From: Gammaproteobacteria bacterium
GTDB taxonomy: Bacteria > Pseudomonadota > Gammaproteobacteria > JBCCGL01
Assembly: GCA_965277715.1 (NCBI GenBank)
Contig: OZ255836.1
Span: forward strand, 800,001-864,000
DNA: 64,000 nt
Reading direction: 5' to 3'
Part shown: piece after piece, positions 41,503 through 52,244 of the stretch
How positions within the stretch are numbered: position 1 is the stretch's first letter
Layout of the letters: each line of letters opens with the position of its first letter
Made by a program: the position numbers and the translations under genes
Notes under the pieces: model-generated
What the model was told of the DNA's origin: nothing
Databases searched by the model: none
Seen by the model: only the letters and a program-made list of their open reading frames with translations

Positions 41503-41552
41503 CCGCGCCTGACATGGCGGGGATTGGAAATTCAAATGCCTCCGCGCCACTA
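41503..41552 (+). pseudogene. Degenerate 3' half of tRNA-Val(GAC), possible att scar
   Basis: GCC-TGACAT-GGCGG anticodon arm, TTCAAAT T-loop, CGCGCCACTA end; located just upstream of thrS. Confidence 0.5.
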
Positions 41553-41571
41553 CTTCCTTGAATTACTTCAT

Positions 41572-41592
41572 GTGGCCTTTGGTAGGGGTCAC
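41572..41592 (+). promoter_or_regulatory. thrS leader hairpin mimicking a tRNA-Thr(GGU) anticodon arm
   Basis: GTGGCCT-TTGGTAG-GGGTCAC just 5' of the thrS ribosome-binding site. Confidence 0.6.
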
Positions 41593-41608
41593 CACTGAAA
41601 GGATCGTT

Positions 41609-43534
41609 ATGCCTATTATCACTTTGCCCGATGGCAGCCAACGCACATTTAACAACCCTTTATCTATTCACGACATTGCCCATGATATTGGCCCAGGTCT
41701 GGCCAAAGCGGCACTCGCCGGGAGGGTGGATGGTGATCTGGTCGATACATCGCATATTGTCACTGACGATTCGGCAATCAGTATTATCACTGCACGCGAT
41801 GACGATGGCCTCGAAGTAATTCGCCACTCCTGTGCACACCTGATGGCCCAGGCGGTAAAACAACTATACCCCGCTGCGCAAGTCACGATTGGCCCCACGG
41901 TCGAAAATGGCTTTTACTACGATTTTGCCTATGAACGGGCATTTACCCCCGAGGATTTGCGGGCGATAGAGGCGCGCATGGTGGCGCTATCGAAAGCCGA
42001 TGATCCGGTCTCGCGCTCGGTGATGCCCCGCGATGAAGCCGTGCGCTTTTTTAAGGATATGGGGGAGCACTACAAGGCCGATATTATCCAGTCAATCCCT
42101 GAAAACGAAGCACTCTCCTTATACCGTCAAAATGACTTTATCGACCTCTGTCGTGGCCCTCATGTGCCCAGCACTGGGCATATCAAGGCATTTAAACTGA
42201 TGAAAGTGGCTGGTGCCTATTGGCGCGGTGATTCCAGCAATGAAATGTTACAGCGTATATACGGCACCGCCTGGCCCGATAAAAAACAGTTGAAACAGTA
42301 TTTATTCCGGCTCAGCGAAGCGGAAAAGCGCGACCACCGGAAACTGGGCAAACAGCTCGATTTGTTTCATCTACAGGACGAAGCGCCCGGCATGGTGTTT
42401 TGGCACCCCAATGGCTGGCATATTTATCAAACCATTGAACAACATATGCGGCAGAAATTGCGCCAGCAGGGGTATCTGGAAATTAAAACACCCCAGGTGC
42501 TGGAGTTTTCGCTGTGGGAACGCTCCGGCCACGCGGATAAGTTTGGCGATGATATGTTCACCCTGGAGGCCGATGATAAGTCGTTTGCGATTAAACCGAT
42601 GAACTGTCCGTGTCATGTGCAGGTGTTCAATCAGGGGTTAAAAAGCTATCGGGATTTGCCTATGCGATTCGCCGAATTTGGCTCATGTCACCGCAACGAA
42701 CTCTCGGGGGCACTGCACGGATTGATGCGGGTGCGTGGTTTTGTCCAGGATGACGGGCACATCTTTTGTAGTGAAGACCAGATTCAGTCAGAAGTGGTTA
42801 AGTTTATCAATTTCTTGCACGATATTTATCAGGACTTTGGTTTCACGGAAGTTATTTACCGTCTATCCACCCGGCCGGCAAAGCGGGTGGGCAGTGATGA
42901 AGATTGGGACCGCGCTGAAAAGGCGCTGGCGGACGCGTTGGACAGTATGCAACTGTCCTGGGAACTGCTGCCTGGTGAAGGCGCATTTTACGGCCCCAAG
43001 GTTGAGTTTTCGTTGAAAGACTGTATTGGCCGCGTTTGGCAGTGCGGGACTGTGCAGGTCGACTTCTCCATGCCGGGGCGGTTGGATGCCAGTTATATTG
43101 CCGAAGACGGCAGCAAGCGCGTACCGGTTATGTTACACCGGGCTATATTGGGTTCATTTGAGCGCTTTATCGGTATTTTGATTGAACAGTACGAAGGTAA
43201 ATTGCCCGTTTGGTTATCACCTCAGCAGGTTGCGGTACTGACAATCACCGATAAACATAATCAGGGCGCTGAAAATATTGCCGAAAGGCTGGAAAATGCC
43301 GGTATTCGTGCCTCTGCTGACTTGAGAAACGAAAAAATAGGTTTTAAGATACGCGATTATACTTTGAAACGCGTTCCCTATATGCTGATCGTCGGCGATA
43401 AGGAACTCGAAACAGATTCCGTGGCCGTCCGCACTCAGTCGGGCCAGGATTTGGGGGTAATGTCTGTTGAGGCATTTACCGGGAAAATTGTTGGCGAGAT
43501 AGAGTCTCGCGGCATAACTCAATTGGAGGGTTGA
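41609..43534 (+). CDS. thrS: Threonine--tRNA ligase
   Basis: [40 protein letters not shown]. Confidence 0.98.
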   Translation: MPIITLPDGSQRTFNNPLSIHDIAHDIGPGLAKAALAGRVDGDLVDTSHIVTDDSAISIITARDDDGLEVIRHSCAHLMAQAVKQLYPAAQVTIGPTVENGFYYDFAYERAFTPEDLRAIEARMVALSKADDPVSRSVMPRDEAVRFFKDMGEHYKADIIQSIPENEALSLYRQNDFIDLCRGPHVPSTGHIKAFKLMKVAGAYWRGDSSNEMLQRIYGTAWPDKKQLKQYLFRLSEAEKRDHRKLGKQLDLFHLQDEAPGMVFWHPNGWHIYQTIEQHMRQKLRQQGYLEIKTPQVLEFSLWERSGHADKFGDDMFTLEADDKSFAIKPMNCPCHVQVFNQGLKSYRDLPMRFAEFGSCHRNELSGALHGLMRVRGFVQDDGHIFCSEDQIQSEVVKFINFLHDIYQDFGFTEVIYRLSTRPAKRVGSDEDWDRAEKALADALDSMQLSWELLPGEGAFYGPKVEFSLKDCIGRVWQCGTVQVDFSMPGRLDASYIAEDGSKRVPVMLHRAILGSFERFIGILIEQYEGKLPVWLSPQQVAVLTITDKHNQGAENIAERLENAGIRASADLRNEKIGFKIRDYTLKRVPYMLIVGDKELETDSVAVRTQSGQDLGVMSVEAFTGKIVGEIESRGITQLEG

Positions 43535-43538
43535 CAAC

Positions 43539-44054
43539 ATCGCTGCAAAAACGCACCGTAAAAACGAAGAACTGGATTTATCTGAAGTTCGTTTAATTAA
43601 TGAAAGTGGTGAGCAGGTTGGCGTGGTGCCACTACAGGAGGCACTTGATGCCGCTGTGGCGGTTGGTTTGGATTTGGTTGAAATTGTACCCAATGCCGAG
43701 CCACCCGTATGCCGTATTATGGATCATGGTCGGTTCAAATTTGAGCAGAGCAAAAAGCAGCATAGCTCTAAAAAGAAGCAGAAGCAGGTTCAAATAAAGG
43801 AAATTAAATTTCGACCGGGTACAGAGGACGGCGATTATCAGGTAAAACTGCGCAATCTTATCCGCTTTCTGGAAAATGGCGATAAAACAAAGGTGACCTT
43901 ACGGTTTCGCGGCAGAGAGATGGCGCATCAGGAACTGGGAGCGCGTTTGTTAACTAGAGTAGAAGCCGATCTGGAGGAATACGGTGTTGTCGAACAGTTT
44001 CCAAAGTTCGAAGGCCGCCAGATGGTGATGGTATTGGCGCCGAAGAAAAAATAG
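43539..44054 (+). CDS. infC: Translation initiation factor IF-3 with non-canonical ATC start
   Basis: GGAGG SD then in-frame ATC at 43539; [20 protein letters not shown]. Confidence 0.95.
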   Translation: MAAKTHRKNEELDLSEVRLINESGEQVGVVPLQEALDAAVAVGLDLVEIVPNAEPPVCRIMDHGRFKFEQSKKQHSSKKKQKQVQIKEIKFRPGTEDGDYQVKLRNLIRFLENGDKTKVTLRFRGREMAHQELGARLLTRVEADLEEYGVVEQFPKFEGRQMVMVLAPKKK

Positions 44055-44209
44055 TTTCTCCGGTGTTATAAGTAAGTTCTCCTCAAAGAGAGAACCGCGT
44101 CAAAGATGCACAATAAGTGCACATAATTAAAGGCGCATACGTCGTCCGCAACCAGTGATTACTCCGACTGGCCGGATATGTTTAATTTGAGAAAACGGGA
44201 GTCACGATA

Positions 44210-44407
44210 GTGCCTAAACTCAAAACCAATCGAGGCGCGGCCAAACGGTTTAAAAAAACCGGTTCTGGCGGCTTCAAACGTAAACAGTCTCACCTGAGAC
44301 ACATCCTCACCAAGAAGAGCAGTAAGCGTAAACGGCATTTACGCGCCGCTTCAATGGTGCACGAATCCGATGTTGCACTGGTTCGCCAGATGCTACCTTT
44401 TGCTTAG
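44210..44407 (+). CDS. rpmI: 50S ribosomal protein L35
   Basis: [14 protein letters not shown]. Confidence 0.98.
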   Translation: MPKLKTNRGAAKRFKKTGSGGFKRKQSHLRHILTKKSSKRKRHLRAASMVHESDVALVRQMLPFA

Positions 44408-44421
44408 TGAGGAGCTGAAAA

Positions 44422-44793
44422 ATGCCTAGAGTAAAACGCGGTGTTACCGCTCGCGCCCGCCATAAAAAAGTACTGAAGAAAGCCAAAGGTTATTCGGGAG
44501 CCAGAAGTAAGGTTTTTCGCGTTGCCAAGCAGGCTGTTACCAAAGCCGGTCAATACGCTTATCGTGACCGTCGGCAGAAGAAACGGCAGTTTCGTGCACT
44601 GTGGATCGTCCGTATTAATGCCGGTGCCAGGATGTGTGGTTTGTCGTATAGCCGTATGATGAATGGCTTGAGTCGTGCCGGTATTGAAATAGACCGCAAG
44701 GTGCTAGCGTATTTGGCGGTGGATGATATGCCTGCATTTGAGCGGCTAGCAGAGCAGGCTAAAGCGAACCTGGATCAGGCTGACCCGGCTTAA
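44422..44793 (+). CDS. rplT: 50S ribosomal protein L20
   Basis: [16 protein letters not shown]. Confidence 0.98.
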   Translation: MPRVKRGVTARARHKKVLKKAKGYSGARSKVFRVAKQAVTKAGQYAYRDRRQKKRQFRALWIVRINAGARMCGLSYSRMMNGLSRAGIEIDRKVLAYLAVDDMPAFERLAEQAKANLDQADPA

Positions 44794-44856
44794 CGAACCC
44801 GGCTAAGCCAACGCATGGCAGTAATTAATACGGTTGCTGTCACACTCAAGTAGTGA

Positions 44857-45912
<1,056 letters not shown>

Positions 45913-45936
45913 TATGGCAAACACCAGGGCAAGACG

Positions 45937-48309
45937 ATGAAAATGAGTGAAAACTGGCTCAGAGAATGGGTCGACCCGGCGATTGATAGCGCGGATTTAC
46001 AGCATCAACTGACTTTGCTGGGCCTGGAAGTGGATAATGCGCAACGGATGCCAACGCTGACAAATATTGTTGTCGCCCGCATCGAATCGGCAGAGCAGCA
46101 CCCCAATGCAGACAAGCTGCGCGTCTGTGCGGTAGACGATGGATCGGGGGAGGCACTGTCGATAGTGTGTGGCGCACCTAATGCACGCGCAGGGCTTGTG
46201 GTGCCATTGGCGCGTATTGGCGCTGAGTTACCCGGTGGAATGAAAATCAAATCGGCAAAACTGCGGGGTGTCGCCTCTCGGGGTATGTTGTGTTCTGCCC
46301 GTGAATTAGCGCTTGCCGATGATGCCAGTGGGTTGATGGAATTGTCTGCCGACGCACCAGTTGGTATGCCGATAAGCCAGTACCTGCAACTCGACGATAC
46401 ATTGATCAGCATCGAACTGACCCCTAATCGGGGAGATTGTCTGAGCATTCGCGGTATAGCGCGTGATATTGCGGCGCGCAACCGTATGCCGGTTAAGCCG
46501 CCCGCGATGGAGGCTGTGGCGGCGACAACTGAAGACACCTTTACCGTCGAGCTACAAGCGGGCGCGGGCTGTTGGCGCTATACAGGGCGGGCAATAAAAG
46601 GCATCGACCCCACGGCACAAACTCCATTGTGGATGACAGAAAAACTACGGCGCAGTGGCTTGCGCGCTATCTCGCCGGTAGTCGACATCACCAATTTTGT
46701 GATGCTGGAGTTAGGGCAGCCCATGCACGGTTTTGATCTCGATAAACTCAGCGACAAAATCACCGTGCGCAACGCGACAGACAAAGAGCCGATAAGGCTA
46801 TTGGATGGCCGTGATCTGCAACTTGATGAAGACACACTGGTCATTGCCGACGGCAGTGGCGCCATTGGTATTGCCGGTATCATGGGCGGGGACACAACCA
46901 GTGTCAGCGACAATACCCGCAATGTGTTTTTTGAAGCGGCCATGTTCGACCCTAAAAAGATTGCCGGTCGGCCACGTCGGTACAATGCACACACCGATTC
47001 AGCACACCGTTTTGAACGCACTGTCGACCCCTTATTACAGGTTACTGCACTGCACCGTGCCACCCGTCTACTTATCGATATCTGTGGGGGGGAAGCGGGG
47101 CCGGTGATCGATATAACCGACCCGGCGAACACCTACGCCTCTACTGTGCTCAGCCTCTCCAGGCAGCGCGTACAACAATTGCTCGGTGTTGCATTGCCTG
47201 ACAGTACTATTGCGGAAATCCTATCGTATCTGGGCCTGACGTTGACTGAACAGGCTGAAGGCTGGCAAGTGGAGGTGCCCAGCTATCGACCGGATATCAG
47301 TATTGAGGAAGACCTGATTGAAGAGATTGCCCGCGTTCACGGTTACGACAATATTCCCCGAACCTACCCTGGTTTACTGCCACTCATGCAGCCTCGTGAG
47401 GAGACAACCGTTGATCTTATGTCGTTGAAATCATCGCTGGTCGAGCGCGGTTACCAGGAAGCCGTGACTTACAGCTTTGTCGATGAGGCATTGCAGCGGC
47501 AAATTAACCCCGAGAGCGACATGCTGGCCCTGGCGAACCCCATTTCTATGGATATGGCAATGATGCGCACCTCACTGTGGCCCGGTCTGCTAAGCGCTTT
47601 GCAGCGGAACCTTAATCACCAGCAGTATGATGTAAAGCTATTTGAGACCGGTCTGGTATTTCTGCCTGGTGACGCAGGATTGTTACAGCAAGGAGTTTTT
47701 GCGGGTCTGGCCAGTGGTCAGTGCCAACGCCAACACTGGGACAGCCCCTCACATGAAGTGGATTTTTTCGATGTAAAAGGGGATATAGACGCTTTGTTTT
47801 CGATGGCTGATGCCACCGACATTCGCTATGAAAAAGCCTCGCACCCGGCGCTACACCCTGGGCAGACAGCACGATTACTCAGTGATGGTGAACCGGTTGG
47901 ATGGATAGGCAGATTGCACCCGGTGATACAACAATCGTTGTCACTGCCACAAAGTGCCATACTGTTTGAGGTTGATCAGGCCGCATTAATGGGGCGAAAA
48001 TTAATTAATTTCAAAGAATTCTCCAAATATCCGTCAATTCGCCGAGATATTGCTATAGTAATAGACGAAGATGTTACGCTAAACAGTGTGTTAGCGTGTA
48101 TTTATAATAACTCGCCCAAATATCTTGAGAATGTAGTGATATTTGATGTCTATACGGGCAAAGGTGTGATACCGGGTCGAAAAAGCCTCGCTTTAAGCTT
48201 GATTTTACAGGAGTTATCCCGCACTCTTACAGATGTTGAGGTTGAGAAAACAGTTTCCGGAATTCTCGCTGCACTCGTAAAAGACCTGGGCGCAACCCTG
48301 AGGGAATGA
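45937..48309 (+). CDS. pheT: Phenylalanine--tRNA ligase beta subunit
   Basis: [25 protein letters not shown]-terminal anticodon-binding domain. Confidence 0.98.
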   Translation: MKMSENWLREWVDPAIDSADLQHQLTLLGLEVDNAQRMPTLTNIVVARIESAEQHPNADKLRVCAVDDGSGEALSIVCGAPNARAGLVVPLARIGAELPGGMKIKSAKLRGVASRGMLCSARELALADDASGLMELSADAPVGMPISQYLQLDDTLISIELTPNRGDCLSIRGIARDIAARNRMPVKPPAMEAVAATTEDTFTVELQAGAGCWRYTGRAIKGIDPTAQTPLWMTEKLRRSGLRAISPVVDITNFVMLELGQPMHGFDLDKLSDKITVRNATDKEPIRLLDGRDLQLDEDTLVIADGSGAIGIAGIMGGDTTSVSDNTRNVFFEAAMFDPKKIAGRPRRYNAHTDSAHRFERTVDPLLQVTALHRATRLLIDICGGEAGPVIDITDPANTYASTVLSLSRQRVQQLLGVALPDSTIAEILSYLGLTLTEQAEGWQVEVPSYRPDISIEEDLIEEIARVHGYDNIPRTYPGLLPLMQPREETTVDLMSLKSSLVERGYQEAVTYSFVDEALQRQINPESDMLALANPISMDMAMMRTSLWPGLLSALQRNLNHQQYDVKLFETGLVFLPGDAGLLQQGVFAGLASGQCQRQHWDSPSHEVDFFDVKGDIDALFSMADATDIRYEKASHPALHPGQTARLLSDGEPVGWIGRLHPVIQQSLSLPQSAILFEVDQAALMGRKLINFKEFSKYPSIRRDIAIVIDEDVTLNSVLACIYNNSPKYLENVVIFDVYTGKGVIPGRKSLALSLILQELSRTLTDVEVEKTVSGILAALVKDLGATLRE

Positions 48310-48310
48310 T

Positions 48311-48610
48311 ATGGCGCTTACAAAAGCGGATATGGCAGTACTGTTGTTTGAAGAGCTTGGTCTTAACAAGCGTGAAGCTAAAGAACTGGTTGAATTGTTC
48401 TTTGAAGAGGTGCGTAGCGCCCTGGAAAAAGGGGAGGATGTAAAGTTGTCTGGTTTTGGCAATTTTATTCTCAGGTCAAAAAAACAACGACCTGGCCGCA
48501 ACCCGAAAACAGGGGAAGAAATACCGATAACGGCCCGTCGGGTTGTCACTTTTAGACCCGGGCAAAAACTAAAGACACGAGTCGAGGCATATGCTGGAAA
48601 TCAGCAATAA
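48311..48610 (+). CDS. ihfA: Integration host factor alpha
   Basis: [22 protein letters not shown]. Confidence 0.98.
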   Translation: MALTKADMAVLLFEELGLNKREAKELVELFFEEVRSALEKGEDVKLSGFGNFILRSKKQRPGRNPKTGEEIPITARRVVTFRPGQKLKTRVEAYAGNQQ

Positions 48611-48947
48611 CAAAGAACTTACACCTATACCTAACAAGCGGTACTTCACCATTGGTGAAGTCAGTGAATTATGTGAAGTAAAGCCGCACGTATTGCGTTA
48701 TTGGGAGCAGGAGTTCCCCGGTTTAAAGCCAGTCAAACGCCGGGGTAACCGGCGTTACTATCAACGCCATGATGTCATGCTGATCCGTCAGATTCGCAGC
48801 CTGTTGTACGATGAGGGCTACACCATTGGTGGTGCCCGCCAAAAATTGTCTGGCGAAGAAGCGAAAGACGATACCAGTCAATCCCAGCAAATCGTTAAAC
48901 AATTGCGTAGCGAACTTGAAGAAGTGTTGAAAATACTCAAACACTAG
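48591..48947 (+). CDS. MerR-family regulator conserved after ihfA
   Basis: [20 protein letters not shown]. Confidence 0.92.
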   Translation: MLEISNNKELTPIPNKRYFTIGEVSELCEVKPHVLRYWEQEFPGLKPVKRRGNRRYYQRHDVMLIRQIRSLLYDEGYTIGGARQKLSGEEAKDDTSQSQQIVKQLRSELEEVLKILKH

Positions 48948-48990
48948 TCGACCCTCTCCAGCAATTACTGTATTCTTTTGCTTTCTTAAA

Positions 48991-49068
<78 letters not shown>

Positions 49069-49269
49069 TTTATACAATAGAAAGTACCCAGTGCTAATCA
49101 GACAATACGCTATGGTGGCTGGTTTCGATCAGCCACTGTTCAATGTGAATCAATCCGCAGATCTGTGACTAGCGCAAAGACAATGTTGGCATACGGATTT
49201 CATAGAGCTTATCCAGTGTGCATATGAAAACGCCTCAAGCAACCCAGTTAGATTCTAATCTTAGCGCGT

Positions 49270-49656
49270 CTATTGCGCCATATACTGGCTAACCGCTTTA
49301 TGTATCAGCGCACTGCGCGTCATGCTATTGCTTTTAGCGTATTTATCCATACCGGATAAGAAAGAGGCCGCTAGTGAGATATTCACGCGTTGTGCTTTTG
49401 TGTTGATCTTGCTTATATCAATATCAACAAGCAACCAGTGCCCATCTGTATAGTCGTCCAGGTGTTGCAAATCATCGATTGAAGAAGGCTCAGGGATCGT
49501 TAAATCCTCGCCTTCCATGTGAACTTCTATCGCCTCTTGAATATTGGCTGGCAAATCGGCTTGGCTGTCGGCAGCGGAGAAACACCCCGGAAAGTCCGGG
49601 ATTATGACGCCATAGCATGTGCCAGGTTCTTTAGTTACGTATACAGGGTAGATCAT
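49270..49656 (-). CDS. hicB: HicB antitoxin with C-terminal RHH domain
   Basis: YGVIIPDFPGCFSA, RVNISL...TRSALI. Confidence 0.92.
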   Translation of the reverse strand: MIYPVYVTKEPGTCYGVIIPDFPGCFSAADSQADLPANIQEAIEVHMEGEDLTIPEPSSIDDLQHLDDYTDGHWLLVDIDISKINTKAQRVNISLAASFLSGMDKYAKSNSMTRSALIHKAVSQYMAQ

Positions 49657-49847
49657 CGTTGGCTCCAGTCCCAGTTTGCTTGTCTGAAAATACTTCTTAG
49701 GGTTGTAGTGGTTATGTCTTTTCTTGGATGAGGAACAGTGACATGGCCTTCCTTATAAGGATGTTTTAATTTATGGTGGTCGCCTTTGCCACCCACTTTA
49801 ACCCAACCCTATTTCTTCAATCTTCTGATTATTTGTTTGCTGTTCAT
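49653..49847 (-). pseudogene. hicA: HicA toxin with in-frame amber stop at codon 13
   Basis: Manual translation MNSKQIIRRLKK*GWVKVGGKGDHHKLKHP...VTVPHPRKDI...SIFRQA; ATGA overlap with hicB. Confidence 0.88.
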
Positions 49848-50194
49848 GTATTTATGATACACAACCTTGCGCAAAAATAAGCAAAATGTTTTTTCCCGAG
49901 CCTGTCTACAAAAAAACTCGTAACCAATAAAAACAATGAGCTACAAGGGGTTTATGGAGTGTGTTTTGTAGATGGGGTGATATGTTAACTTTTTGATAAA
50001 CATAGTAATATTATTAAAGCACGCACCTGCATGGATGCAGGTGGCCGGAGGTTCAAATCCTCTCGCCCCGACCAATTTATACAATAGAAAGTACCCAGTG
50101 CTAATCAGACAATACGCTATGGTGGCTGGTTTCGATCAGCCACTGTTCAATCAAATTGAAGGGGAACAGCCATTTGCCGGTTATTTTTGTATCG

Positions 50195-51082
50195 CTATAC
50201 GCCCACCAGTTCGCGCATGCCGGGTGAAGAACGCTGTGGTGTTTTTGGAATTGCATCAAAGGTTATCGTCTCGGCACCGTTGTAAACCAGAAAATGCTTG
50301 CCCTTGGCGCGTGCGATCAGGGTAATGCCCAGTTCTTGGGCAAGCTCAAGGCCCATATGGGTAATCCCAGAGCGGGATAAGAGTACCGGGATGCCCATAA
50401 AAGCCGCTTTCATCACAATCTCTGAGGTCAGGCGGCCTGTGGTATAGAAAATTTTATCTCCACCGGAAATACCCTCCAGCCACATCTGGCCGGAGATGGC
50501 ATCCGCTGCATTGTGTCGCCCGACATCTTCTATATGCATTAACAGTTGGTCGTAATGACATAATCCACAACCGTGCACAGCCCCTGCCTGTCGGTATACC
50601 TCATTGTGCTTGCCGACGGTGTGAATCAATCCGTAGATCTGTGACTGGCGCAAAGACAATGTTGGCATACGGATTTCATAGAGCTTATCCAGTGTGCAAC
50701 TGAACACGGTTCCCTGGCCACAACCACTGGTCACGATGCGCCGTTTCAGTTTCTCCTGCCAGTCGCTGATGCCCTGTCCCTGGTGGGTTTCCACTTCCAC
50801 CAGCTCCCGCTCCCAATTGACGTGGATCGATTTAATGGCGCGAATATCCTCAAATAATTTTTGGTTGCGCAGATAACCCAATGTCAGTGCTTCCGGGCGC
50901 GAACCGAGGGTCATCAATGTCACTACCTCGTGGGCATCCACTTTGATCGTGAGAGGAAATTCTCCAGGAATCGCTTTCTCCACTCGTTGGTTGAATTCGT
51001 CCACAGCTTCGACGGGGTGAGTAGGGCGTAAGCCCTCACTGCTCATTTCCGGTTGATACAACGCGGTATCGGTTTGGTTCAC
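50195..51082 (-). CDS. fdhD: Formate dehydrogenase accessory sulfurtransferase
   Basis: TSGCGQG, GAVHGC, EDVGRHNAAD, TTGRLTSE. Confidence 0.93.
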   Translation of the reverse strand: MNQTDTALYQPEMSSEGLRPTHPVEAVDEFNQRVEKAIPGEFPLTIKVDAHEVVTLMTLGSRPEALTLGYLRNQKLFEDIRAIKSIHVNWERELVEVETHQGQGISDWQEKLKRRIVTSGCGQGTVFSCTLDKLYEIRMPTLSLRQSQIYGLIHTVGKHNEVYRQAGAVHGCGLCHYDQLLMHIEDVGRHNAADAISGQMWLEGISGGDKIFYTTGRLTSEIVMKAAFMGIPVLLSRSGITHMGLELAQELGITLIARAKGKHFLVYNGAETITFDAIPKTPQRSSPGMRELVGV

Positions 51083-51386
51083 ACTAAGGCCTCTTTTGGG
51101 GTTGTTGTTTGGATTGTTGTAAACGGCTACAGCAAGATCTATTCCCCGGCTGATAATGCTGGGTTTCTACGCAGGCACAGGATGATTAGCATACCGATAT
51201 AGCGACATTTTGTCTCAAAATAGAGAGCGCTGGTTTAAATAGTCGCAGGCATACCGATAGCGCTTTGGCGTTATTTTCCCTTTGCTGTTCTTATACCGGG
51301 GTCTTGAGCGCATGTTACCGCTTTTGCTCTATAGTCTTTATAGGGGAATCTATGTGCGCTACGCAATCGTCCACAGAGGCGGGGGT

Positions 51387-51570
51387 ATCGACACCAGCAC
51401 ACACTTTATCTGGTCGGGGTTTGCTTTCTCATTGTACCGGGACAGCGCGGAACAGTATTGGCATAACCTGATTGGGCATAAACCGTCGCTGTATGTGGTG
51501 TGCCGTGAAGACGATTGCCGGGAGTTAAACCCCTACCTGGTGACGATTGATTACGATGAAGCGGGAGCTG
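51387..51570 (+). pseudogene. Internal fragment of a DUF3305-like gene
   Basis: LYRDSAEQYWHNLIGHKPSLYVVCR..PYLVTIDYDEA resembles DUF3305 as recalled; no credible N- or C-terminus. Confidence 0.55.
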
Positions 51571-51634
51571 CCCCCGGCAACTCCTCCTGCGTTGCTCTAC
51601 CTCCTGTATCCCTGAGGGTGAGTCGAAGACCACC

Positions 51635-52171
51635 TTACAACAAATTCAAAAACTCATGCCGCGTATTAATATCACGACGAAAACGACCCAACATCACCGA
51701 AGTAGTCATCTGTGAATTTTGCTTCTCTACACCGCGCATCTTCATACACAGATGCTCTGCCTCAATAATCACCCCAACACCACTGCCCCCCGTCACCAAC
51801 TGAATGGCATCGGCAATCTGCTTGGTCAACCCCTCCTGGATTTGCAATCGTCGCGCATACATATCGACAATCCTGGCCACCTTGGATAATCCGATAACTT
51901 TACCCTGAGGCAAATAACCCACATGGCATTTGCCAATAAAGGGAAGTAAATGGTGTTCACACAATGAGTACAGCTCAATATTTTTAACAATCACCATTTC
52001 ATCGGTATCAGACTCAAACACAGCTGAATTGACCACTTCACTAAGCGATTGCTGATAACCACGGGTAAGAAACGCCATCGCTTTGGCGGCGCGTTTGGGC
52101 GTATCGCGCAGACCATCGCGCTCCAAATCTTCGCCTATCGCCTGCAAGATTTCTGTGTATTGCTTTTCCAT
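51635..52171 (-). CDS. folE: GTP cyclohydrolase I
   Basis: [32 protein letters not shown]. Confidence 0.97.
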   Translation of the reverse strand: MEKQYTEILQAIGEDLERDGLRDTPKRAAKAMAFLTRGYQQSLSEVVNSAVFESDTDEMVIVKNIELYSLCEHHLLPFIGKCHVGYLPQGKVIGLSKVARIVDMYARRLQIQEGLTKQIADAIQLVTGGSGVGVIIEAEHLCMKMRGVEKQNSQMTTSVMLGRFRRDINTRHEFLNLL

Positions 52172-52244
52172 CGTTTGGGTCTCGTTTATATGTGGCCTGA
52201 TGTAGGAGGGTGATTATATCCCAAGCTGTTTACCTGAACTCAAG

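Noticed and set aside
44815-44853. pheM-like leader peptide before pheS
   Set aside because: The short ORF MAVINTVAVTLK contains no Phe codons.
50022-50074. Second tRNA-Pro gene
   Set aside because: Lacks the 5' acceptor and D arm and has a broken anticodon loop; treated as an att-like repeat.
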